This document shows, one piece after another, positions 1-13,334 of a stretch of DNA of 64,000 bases. Each line of letters begins with the position of its first letter. The first letter of the stretch is position 1. Below the pieces are notes generated by a model. The model ran no database searches. It was not told where the DNA came from and saw nothing but the letters and a program-made list of their open reading frames with translations. The DNA lies in NCBI RefSeq assembly GCF_009914755.1, contig NC_060926.1; one strand, given 5' to 3'. Position numbers and translations under genes: made by a program. The stretch is from the human T2T-CHM13v2.0 reference genome, Homo sapiens.

Positions 1-217
1 TCAGATTCAATTCTATTATCCTCTTATACTCATGTCTGAGAGAGTATTCTCAATCACATTTTATCCCTTCCTCCCCTATCCCATCTCACACCCACCCACC
101 ATCACAACACAGAGCAGTTCCTTGAAGTACACTGTGAAATTTTATTGTATTTAGTGAAAGCATATTCTCTTGAAGACATTTCTAGAACAGCAGAAAATAT
201 GACTCTTTGTATGAGTA

Positions 218-316
218 TATTACTTATTCAGCAAACACCTGCTATTAACCTATCCCACCTAAGGCTGTGCTACCAGCTAGAGCTAAAAACTCCAGAAACA
301 GCCCTGCTCTAGGGGG
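218..316 (-). mobile_element. L2 3'-end fragment
   Basis: tacttattcagcaaacacctgctattaacctatccc...aggctgtgctaccagctag...gccctgctct resembles the reverse complement of the L2 3' end; highly diverged. Confidence 0.4.
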
Positions 317-779
317 TGGGAAAAAAAGGCAGTCTTTAAAAAACAAACAAAAAAATAGATGTTGAGGAAAAAAAAAGATGGAGTTGTAACATTGGTCAGA
401 TAATGGCTAATTAAACAAGACTAATTAAACCAGTATATAATTTTATAGCTTTTGAGTTTACAACTTAAAAAACACAACCATTTGCATCTGTCTTCAAAGA
501 AAACAAGTTGTCCATCTAGATGATATATTCAAGTTCCCTTGAATATTTGCGATTTGTTTATTCAAGTTTGTTCTATATTAGCCCGGCAAACAGACTAGTA
601 GGAAGTAGAAGGAAAAAAGCTCACAATTTACATCTTTAATCTAAAACTAGTAGCACTTCATGATGAGTTGTTATCCAGTTATACAAGAACCCAGACAGCT
701 TGGATTCACATCTTAAATCTCCTGTCCTGTGACCAGCTTGTTGAAGACCTGATTTGAAAGTTTGATAAAGGGGTGATAA

Positions 780-906
780 TAATTATTATAATTAACATTG
801 ACTAAGTGTTTATTATAAACTATGCACTGTTTTAAACGATTTCTTTTTATTATCTTAGTCTTCACAACATTTCTACAAGGTAGGTACTATTATTTTATTA
901 GCCCCA
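780..906 (-). mobile_element. MIR fragment, cut off at the ERV junction
   Basis: aacattgactaagtgtttattataaactatgcactgttttaaac...ttcacaacatttctacaaggtaggtactattatt...cccca is a typical antisense MIR; the expected continuation ttttacagatgagg is absent. Confidence 0.55.
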
Positions 907-933
907 AACAGCTTGTTGTTTTCCAGTCCCATC

Positions 934-2357
934 ATGGGACAAACCCCGTCTATTCCTTCAGACTTATCTCTGGGTTGCATCCTAAAATAATGGATAAATC
1001 TGACCCTCAGACTCTCAAAAACAAAGTTTAATTTTCTTGTGTAATACAACATGGCCACCTTATAAACTTTCAGATCAGGAATCCTCCCGGCCACCAGGTG
1101 GGACCCTTGCCCCAGTACTATTTTACAGCTTGACCTTTTCTGTTGCAACTCTTTTAAATGGTCTGAAGTTCCTATTCCAGGCTTTCATAACTCACTCTCT
1201 CGGGATCCTGATCTCCACCAAATCTGCTGAATGTGCATGACTATATTCTCTGGCCCCACTGGCTCTTTTGACATTTTGGATGGCCTTTCTTTTACTCTCT
1301 CCCATTCTCCCCAACTAGCTGGATGGGTTGAGGCCACACCTTCTTCCCCTAACAAACCACCTTCACATTCAATTACACCTACTCCATCTGCTCCCTCTCT
1401 CTCACCTTCCCCTCAACATCCCAACCTTTGATGTTGTTTTCCAGTGCCTCCTCCTTATCAGGGATTCTACTCCCCTTCTCATACTAGGTCAGAGGCCACC
1501 TATGATCTCATTTTGGCCTCAGAAAAAGTTCTGCTGCTCCAGGACGTGGCAAATGGGGATCTAGGAACCATCAGAGTCCATGTTCCCTTCCTAATGTCTG
1601 ATCTTTCCCAAATAAAAACTAAGCTTTGGCTCTTTCAGTAGGGGCCCTCCTCATTTCATGAAGGAATTTACAGGACTATTGCTTCCCTCTACCTCACTTG
1701 GCAGGACATGTATATTATTTTTTACCACATATTGCACCCATGAGGAAAAATCCCACATATGGTCTCTGGCTCAAAGGTGAGCAGATGAAGTGCATACCCC
1801 AAACCCCCAGGAGTCCGGCCCTGGGAGAACGGCAATGCCTTACACTGATCTTAGGTGGGGTTATCAAGAGGGAGACCACAGAAGGAAATATCATAATCAC
1901 ATGATCACTTGCCTGATTCAGAGCATGAAAAAGGCCACATAAAACTTGTAAATTATGCCAAACTAAGGGAAATAAGACAGGGGTCAAATTAAAACCCAGC
2001 CCTATTTTATACCAAGCTGGCTGAGGCTATGAGAAAATATACTAATATGAACCCCCAGAGCCCAGAAGACCTCACTGTCATAGCTGTTTATCAGCCAGGC
2101 ATCCCCATACATCAGACATGAACTCCAAAAGCCAGATCAGAGACCACAAACTACTTTCCCAACATTGCTGGACACAGCCTTCAAGTTCTTCAGTAATTGA
2201 GAACAGAATAAGGGGAACAGAGCTACAGAGAAAGAAAAATGCAAGGACAAGAGACAGGCTTAACTGCTGGCTGCTTTAGAAGCCTCCAGCCCATTCTAGA
2301 TTGTCCTAAGGACACTTCTCCAAGTAAGTGTTCTTGATGCAGAAGGACAGGCCACCG
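934..2357 (+). pseudogene. gag: Decayed gammaretrovirus-like (ERV1) gag
   Basis: ATG at 934 reads MGQTPSIPSD..LGCILK (myristoylated MA start); LIFLCNTTWPPYKL; PPPY late domain and SPSHTRS; GTIRVHVPFLMSDLSQIK (CA N-terminus); major homology region remnant KLREIRQG..NPALFYTKLAEAMRKYT; zinc-knuckle remnant KCS*CRRTGH at ~2325-2357; many stops and frameshifts. Confidence 0.85.
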
Positions 2358-2730
2358 GATATGGTTTGACTCTGTGTCCCCACCCAAATCTCATCGTCAA
2401 TCCCCATGTTTTGAGGAAGAGAATTGTAATCTCCATATGTAGAGTGAGGGAAGTGATTAGATCATGGGGGTGGTTCCCCCATGCTGTTCTTGTGATAGTG
2501 AGTTCTCAAGAGATCTAATGGTTTCATAAATGGCAGTTTCCCCTGCCCTCCTTACTTCTCTCTCCTGCCACCCTGTGAAGAAGGTGTCTGCTTCCTCTTC
2601 TACCATGACTGTTAAGTTTCCTGAGGTCTCCCCAGCCATGCAGAACTGTGAGTGAATTAAACCTCCTTTGTTTACAAATTACCCAGTCTCAGGTATTTCT
2701 TTATAGCAGTGTGAAAACAGACTAAATAGA
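2358..2730 (+). mobile_element. THE1D-like MaLR solo LTR
   Basis: Starts gatatggtttgactctgtgtccccacccaaatctcat; contains gtgagtgaattaaacctc; ends ttatagcagtgtgaaaacagactaaata. Confidence 0.85.
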
Positions 2731-3156
2731 AACTTCAACTTAGATAGTCATACTTCAGGGGTTTAAAATATAGCCCACACTTATTCAAACAAGCCCTAGC
2801 AAGAAAGCTAATTGAACAATCTCTTAAGAGGGGATAACTTCTACAGTATGTAAATTACCTCCTCATTTGATCCTCCTTCACAGAACTCACACAGCAAATG
2901 AAACGGAAACCTTAACTTCCCAACAAAAGGAAAATAATTTTTCCCTAATTCACAGGTTACGTAAAGGTTACATATGAAACAAGTTAAAAGGAACCAGGGA
3001 ATAAGAGAGACATGAAGAAGGTTATAAAGGTAAAAAGGCATTTTGGGAAAGGAAGGTTATTTAAAAAAAAAAAAAGACTTCGTATGAGAAAAAAAATCTC
3101 GTATGGTAAATTCTTGTCCTAAAATAGAATAACTGGTTGTTTAAGACAGAGGAATG
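2731..3156 (+). pseudogene. ERV1 internal segment with RT remnant (MER4-group-like)
   Basis: cttcaggggtttaaaatatagcccacacttattcaaacaagccctagcaaga matches LPQGF..SPHLF.QALAR; cttctacagtatgtaaattacctcctcatt reads LLQYVNYLLI, a decayed YVDD motif; followed by AT-rich internal sequence. Confidence 0.7.
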
Positions 3157-3298
3157 TGGGAGGAGCCAAGATGGCCGAATAGGAACAGCTCCGGTCTACA
3201 GCCCCCAGCATGAACGACACAGAATACGGGTGATTTCTGCATTTCCATCTGAGGTACCGGGTTCATCTCACCAGGGAAGGCCAGACAGTGGGCGCAGG

Positions 3299-3607
3299 TC
3301 AGTGGGTGCACGCACCATGTGCAAAACGAAGCAGGGCGAGGCATTGCCTCACGCAGGAAGCGCAAGGGGTCAGGGAGTTCCCTTTCCTAGTCAAAGAACG
3401 GGGTGACAGATGGCACCTGGAAAATTGGGTCACTCCCACTCGAATCCTGCGCTTTTCCGACGGGCTTAAAAAACGGCGCACCAGGAGATTACATCCCGCA
3501 CCTGGCTCGGAGGGTCCTACACCCACGGAGTCTCGCTGACTGCTAGCACAGCAGTCTGAGATCAAACTGCAAGGTGGCAGTGAGGCTGGGAGAGGGGCGC
3601 CAGCCAT
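3299..3607 (-). CDS. ORF0: L1 antisense ORF0 (102-aa long form)
   Basis: MAGAPLPASLPPCSLISDCCASSQRDSVGVGPSEPG... matches the primate L1 ORF0 N-terminus and is open for 102 codons. Confidence 0.7.
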   Translation of the reverse strand: MAGAPLPASLPPCSLISDCCASSQRDSVGVGPSEPGAGCNLLVRRFLSPSEKRRIRVGVTQFSRCHLSPRSLTRKGNSLTPCASCVRQCLALLRFAHGACTH

Positions 3608-4063
3608 TGCCCAGGCTTGCTTAGGTAAACAAAGCAGCCAGGAAGCTCAAACTGGGTGGAGCCCACCACAGCTAAAGGAGGCCTGCTTGCCTCTGTAGGC
3701 TCCACATCTTGGGGGCAGAGCACAGACAAACAAAAAGACAGCAGTAACCTCTGCAGACTTAAATGTCCCTGTCTGACAGCTTTGAAGACAGCAGTGGTTC
3801 TCCCAGCATGCAGCTAGAGATCTGAGAATGGGCAGACTGCCTCCTCAAGTGGGTCCCTGACCCCTGACCCCCGAGCAGCCTAACTGGGAGGCACCCCCCA
3901 GAAGGGGCAGACTGACACCTCACACGGCTGGGTACTCCAACAGACCTGCAGCTGAGGGTCCTGTCTGTTAGAAGGAAAACTAACAAACAGAAAGGACATC
4001 CACACCAAAAACCCATCTGTACATCACCATCATCAAAGACCAAAAGTAGATAAAACCACAAAG

Positions 4064-5081
4064 ATGGGGAAAAAACAGAGAAGAAAAACGGGAAACTCTG
4101 AAAAGCAGAGCGCCTCTCCTCCTCCAAAGGAACGCAGTTCCTCAACAACAACGGAACAAAGCTGGACGGAGAATGATTTTGATGAGCTGAGAGAAGAAGG
4201 CTTCAGACGATCAAATTTCTCTGTACCTACGGGAGGACATGCAAACCAAAGGCAAAGAAGTTGAAAACTTTGAAAAAAATTTAGAAGAATGTATAACTAG
4301 AATAACCAATACAGAGAAGTACTTAAAGGAGCTGATGGAGCTGAAAACCAAGGCTCGAGAACTACGTGAAGAAAGAAGAAGCCTCAGGAGCCGATGCAAT
4401 CAACTGGAAGAAAGGGTATCAGCTATGGAAAATGAAATGAATGAAATGAAGCGAGAAGGGAAATTTAGAGAAAAAAAAATAAAAACAAATGAGCAAAGCC
4501 TCCAAGAAATATGGGACTACGTGAAAAGACCAAATCTACATCTCACTGGAGTACCTGAAAGTGATGGGGAGAATGGAACCAAGTTGGAAAACACTCTGCA
4601 GGATATTATCCAGGAGAACTTCCCCAATCTAGCAAGGCAGGCCAACATTCACATTCAGGAAATACAGAGAACACCACAAAGATACTCTTCGAGAAGAGCA
4701 ACCCCAAGACACGTAATTGTCAGATTCACCAAAGTTGAAATGAAGGAAAAAATGTTAAGGGCAGCCAGAGAGAAAGGTCGGGTTACCCTCAAAGGGAAGC
4801 CCATCAGACTAACAGCAGATCTCTCTGCAGAAACTCTACAAGCCAGAAGAGAGTGGGGGCCAATATTCAACATTCTTAAAGAAAAGAATTTTCAACCCAG
4901 AATTTCATATCCAGCCAAACTAAGCTTCATAAGTGAAGGAGAAATAAAATCCTTTACAGACAAGCAAATGCTGAGAGATTTTGTCACCACCAGGCCTGCC
5001 CTAGAAGAGCTCTTGAAGGAAGCGCTAAACATGGAAAGGAACAACCGGTACCAGCCACTGCAAAATCATGCCAAATTGTAA
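4064..5081 (+). pseudogene. L1 ORF1p, frameshifted near 4220
   Basis: MGKKQ start at 4064 in one frame; coiled coil, RRM and CTD (RRATPRHVIVRF, YPAKLSF) in another frame, 4239-5081. Confidence 0.93.
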
Positions 5082-5144
5082 AGACCATCGAGACTAGGAA
5101 AAAACTGCATCAACTAACGAGCAAAATAACCAGCTAACATCATA

Positions 5145-8931
<3,787 letters not shown>

Positions 8932-9130
8932 ACAATGAGAACACATGGACACAGGAAGGGGAACATCACACTCTGGGGACTGTTGTGGGGTGGGGGTAGG
9001 GGGGAGGGATAGCATTGGGCAACATACCTAATGCTAGATGATGAGTTAGTGGGTGCAGCGCACCAGCATGGCACATGTATACATATGTAACTAACCTGCA
9101 CATTGTGCACATGTACCCTAAAACTTAAAG

Positions 9131-9132
<2 letters not shown>

Positions 9133-9168
<36 letters not shown>
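9133..9168 (+). repeat. (TAA)12 microsatellite derived from the L1 poly(A) tail
   Basis: Perfect taa repeats directly after aaacttaaagta. Confidence 0.9.
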
Positions 9169-9169
<1 letters not shown>

Positions 9170-9181
9170 GAAAGAGGAATG

Positions 9182-10249
9182 CTTAGGACAAGTCACAAAG
9201 TCCAAGCATGTCAAAAATAGTCTGTGTAAGTCATAAGAAGGTTTGTAAAGGGAAATTTAGGAAAGGAATTTTGTATGTGATTAAGTTGGTTATAAATGAA
9301 AGGGAATTATTTAGGATAGTCTTTCTAACATTGCCTCTCCCCATGTTAAAACAAGGTTTTCTTACGGTATTAATCTGTTCTTAATAAAACTGCAAGTTTT
9401 ACTTTTCATTTTGTAACGTTTATTTTTAAAACTTCTCAGAATCATCTCAGTTTAACTTTTGCTGTGTCCCGCTACTTTCTGCTTTTTCTCCCCTAAAGAA
9501 GGCCTAATAAAATAACACTCCCCAGTTTTTGTCACCTCCTGTCACATTTTCCTCCAATTCTAACTGTTATTATGGCCTAATGTTAACATTAGCATAATAT
9601 TTTAATGTTTCAACTTTAAGTCAAAAAATTTAAGCAATGTTTTCCTCGAACATAATTTAATTCGGACCCTTGGCTTTTCTTGATATGTCTAAATTCTCAA
9701 TGTAATCAAAAAAACAACTTATGCTGTTCCTAAGAGTCATGTACTCCCCTGCTGAACACATACTTTCTGTGTCTAATTAAATTCAAACACTTTTTCCTTG
9801 AGTTTAATTTTCAGGTTACCTAAATGGGTTTCCAATAAGGAAAAACAGTCACAAAGCAAGAGGTTTGTCTCCCTTTTTGGCCAACGGCTTTAAAAAACAA
9901 AACTTTATCTTCTAGAATTCAACAGTTTCACTTTTAAATGATACTGTGAATGGAATCATTCTCTCCCCAAAGATGCCTGCTACCTTCACGAATCTCTCCT
10001 GGATTCAGCTGGTCACCAGTTTCATCTTGACATGCTTCCCCTCTCTGATGAGTGCCTTCCTCCAGAAAGATCCAATATCCTAAGTCCCACAATCTGGGAC
10101 AATGACCCACAGGGTCTCCTGACAAACCAACAACCATAGGTAGGGCCTACTCCATGCCCTAGGCATGCCAGACAGCAGTTGGAAGATGAGACCTCCACCT
10201 CATTGCCAAAGATTTGTCACTGCTGTTCTGTCAGAGGGGGTGGGGGAGA
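9182..10249 (+). mobile_element. ERV1 internal segment continued, ending in a polypurine tract
   Basis: Resumes after the L1 TSD (gaggaatg-cttaggacaagtc); ends agagggggtgggggaga immediately before the LTR TG. Confidence 0.65.
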
Positions 10250-10584
10250 TGTGGAGTCCTGATAAGTAAGCAACAACAAGGAAGGGGTGATCCCAGATGG
10301 GAAACAATGAACAACTCTTCTGACAGATGGTTAATCACAAACAACCTGCAGGCACAATGACCTTTTTCCCCTTGCAGATAGCCCCCTTGCAGCATGACTC
10401 TATACAATTTCCCTCCAGCCCCCACCTCTTGGCAGACAACCCTTTCTCTGCTGTGCTGCCCATTGCAACCTTGCAGCATATTTTTATACTTTCGCTAATA
10501 AATCTGCCTTTCTTTACCTACAACTGTCTTGGTAAATCCCTTTAAAAACTGCAAAGCCGGCCCCAGGCAGTACCACCCATGACA
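10250..10584 (+). mobile_element. ERV1 3' LTR (MER83/MER84-like)
   Basis: TG...CA termini (tgtggagtcctgataagtaagc...cccatgaca), AATAAA at ~10497, follows the polypurine tract; family name from memory. Confidence 0.7.
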
Positions 10585-10645
10585 CCCAGGAGTTCAAGAC
10601 CAACCTGGGCAACATGGCAAGAACCCCACTCTATTTTTTAAAAAA
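10585..10645 (+). mobile_element. 3' part of an Alu left monomer (FLAM/AluJ)
   Basis: cccaggagttcaagaccaacctgggcaacatggcaagaacccc plus A-tail; begins mid-element directly after the LTR CA. Confidence 0.75.
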
Positions 10646-10649
10646 GGGG

Positions 10650-11310
10650 AGGGGAACAGTTCAGAGAGCTTCCAGGTGGGTGAACACATCAAGGTGCTGA
10701 GACGGTAGCACACCCAGAGAGGCCATGGAAGGTCCCCATGCCTCCTCCCCCGATACCTTGCATTAAACATCTCTTCTATAGGCTGCTCCTGAGTTGTATC
10801 CTTTATAATAGTCCAGTAATCATAAATAAATTGTCTTACTGAAGTCTGTGAGCTATTTTAGTGAATTATCGAACCTGAAGGGGTTGTGGGTGATGAGAAC
10901 CTTGATTTGCAGCCAAGTCAGACAGAAGTGTGGGTAACCTGCGGACCCAATACTTGTGCCTGGCATCTAAAGAGAGCACAGCCCAGCAATGGCACCTAAA
11001 GTGAAGACAGCCTGAGCCTGCAGTCCCAGCTACTAAGGAGGCTGTGGTGGGAGGATTGCTTGGTCCCTAGAGTTGAGTCCAGCCTGGGCAACATAGCAAG
11101 ATCCCTGTCTATAAAAAATAAAAAGAAACAAATAAATAAAGTGAGGACAGTCTTGTGGGATTGAGCCCTTAAACCCTGGATCTGATAACTCCATGCACTT
11201 ACTGCTAGAATTGAACTGGGTTGTAGGACACCCAGGTGGTATCTGGAGAGCTGGAGAATTGATTGGTGTGAAGAAAAAACTCACACATTTGATGTGAGAA
11301 ATATTGTCAT
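10650..11310 (+). mobile_element. MER21C-like LTR, 3' part only, interrupted by a FLAM
   Basis: gttcagagagcttccaggtgggtgaacacatcaaggtgctg...gacagtcttgtgggattgagccctt...ggagaattgattggtgtg; similar to the MER21 copy at 31.6-32.5 kb. Confidence 0.7.
11011..11136 (+). mobile_element. FLAM_A-like Alu monomer
   Basis: gcctgcagtcccagctactaaggaggctg...cagcctgggcaacatagcaag, A-tail; TSD taaagtgaagacag / taaagtgaggacag. Confidence 0.75.
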
Positions 11311-11358
11311 TGAAAAGTTTCATATATATATATACACACACATACACGTGTGTACAGA

Positions 11359-11882
11359 TGAAAAAAGAAAGAACTTTTATCTGAGGAATGCAAGTCCTTT
11401 TAATTATCAGACCAAGAGAGACACTAAAATGAGACCACAATCATGCCCTACTCCACGTCTTGAGCTGTGTATTCATCTTCTGAAATTGCTTGCTATTGCC
11501 ATAAGTAGCTAAAAATAAATCTAATAATGCCCCACCAGACATTATAACCCACACCCTATAGCTTAACAATGTAGAGCCAATCACTAACAATGTTATTTCT
11601 GTGAACCAATGAGAATTTCTGACAACTTTTTTGCCATAACCCATACCTTATAGCTTAACAACGTAGAGCCAATCACTTATCAATGTTATTTCTGTGAACC
11701 AATGAGAATTCCTGACAAACAACTTTTTTTGTCCTTAAAAATCTACTTCTAACTGCTACTAATCAAAGTGCATGTTCAGGACAATTTGAATCTATGCTCC
11801 CAGGTTGCAGTCCTTGAGCTTAGCCAAAAAAACCTCTCTACTTATATTAATTTTGCCTCAGCTTCTTCCTTTTAGGTTGACA
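11359..11882 (+). mobile_element. Solo LTR (LTR47-like) with internal tandem duplication
   Basis: TG...CA termini (tgaaaaaagaaagaacttttatctgaggaatg...tttaggttgaca); family assignment from memory. Confidence 0.6.
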
Positions 11883-11899
11883 TGCATACAGACATGCCA

Positions 11900-12061
11900 C
11901 TGCCTTGATTCATGCTAAGGCACCAGCACTTTTTCCCACCAATGCTTTTACACCATCAGCACAAATGTCAACACAGTAAACAGGGCAAATAAAACCTAAG
12001 AATTATAAAAAACAGTTTTGACCTCAGGGACTCCTGAAAGCTAGAAACAAGAGAACTACTG
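11900..12061 (+). mobile_element. hAT-Charlie1 family terminal fragment
   Basis: acaaatgtcaacacagtaaacagggcaaataa...aacagttttgacctcagggactcctgaaag resembles a Charlie1 end; strand uncertain. Confidence 0.55.
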
Positions 12062-13334
12062 ATCTCAGTTGTCTATGGGATGTTCCCCCAGAAAAAAAAA
12101 AAATTCAACCTTGAGGAAGAAATGCAGATACAGAGACAACAGTCACAGAAACGGAACTGGCTTCCTAACCAGATTTTCCTTATGGTATATGAGCAGAGAC
12201 AAATTCTCAGCTGCCTTTAATTCCTTCCTATTTTTTTGAACTTATTTCTCCATCCTTCTCATCAATTCTGTAAATTATACAAAATAAATCCCTTTTCTCC
12301 TTAAGGTGGCTAAAATAGGCTCCTCTTTTAATCAGTGGAGAAAGTTGGTAGAAGCAGCAAAACTAAAATTGAGAGTTTAGTAGACAGTCTCCAACCACAC
12401 TTAAGGCTTTTTTTTTTTTTTACTCTGTTGCCATTTAATTTGAATAAAAATGCACATCAATACATTGAGATTTTAACCCTTGCCATAGTCAAACCTAATT
12501 AAACAGCATCCAAGAAACAGGAACATCTGGAATCCCTACGACAAGGCATAAGAAATGATAGATGCAGGTGACTCATGGATAAAATCTATTAATATTATTG
12601 AAGATTTCCAAGTCAAATTATTGATCTTACACCATCAAATGCTAAAACTTAATTTTTCACAACTGCATTCTCCACATCTCTAAAAGGGAAAAGGAAAATG
12701 GTTTTAGTTTCTCGGTCTAGATTTACTTTGGCAAACTATGATATCCAGAAGCAATCTTCCATTTCATCACTAACTATCTCCTGAGAGATGGGTGCTTTAT
12801 CCAACCTTTCCTTTACACAACCACTTTAGCATGGTAAAATGCTGGGTTTTAAAAAAATTAAACAGCTTTTAAAAATTGTTTTAAGAATAACTTGAAAGTG
12901 ATAAAAATGCAGCTTAAATACTAAAGAGAAATACAGTTTTGTGGGTGTATAAGCCAAGATCAAATGAACTGATAGATAAAAAGTAAAGCAGTCAAGAGAT
13001 GAAAACAATTGTATTTACTCTGTATCTCTTCCTCCCTTCTAGAGTCTCCTTTCCATCAATCTCTTTCACTGTTGTCACAAAAGAGATGGCTAATAAAAAA
13101 TAATTATCACTGTACCACTAGGTCAAATTTAATTTAATTTTTCAAAAGTTATTTGCTCCAGTTTTTCAAGTGTTTAGCACAGTCATTAAAAAAAACAAAA
13201 ATCTTTCTCTTTCTGGTTATCTTAGTATCTAATAGAAAAATTTAAATAGATAATGTACAAAATAAACAACGGAAAAATCTTGCAAAATACAACCAACACC
13301 ACCACCACCTCCACAATAAAATGTTAAATAACAT

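Noticed and set aside
8987-9009. G-quadruplex-forming G tracts
   Set aside because: Standard feature of L1PA 3'UTRs, not specific to this locus.
9182-10249. Possible env ORF in the provirus
   Set aside because: No long ORF, furin site or immunosuppressive domain recognisable; too short and decayed.
12060-12330. Possible MLT1-type LTR remnant
   Set aside because: Only the aataaatcccttttctccttaag 3' motif is suggestive; too diverged to call by eye.
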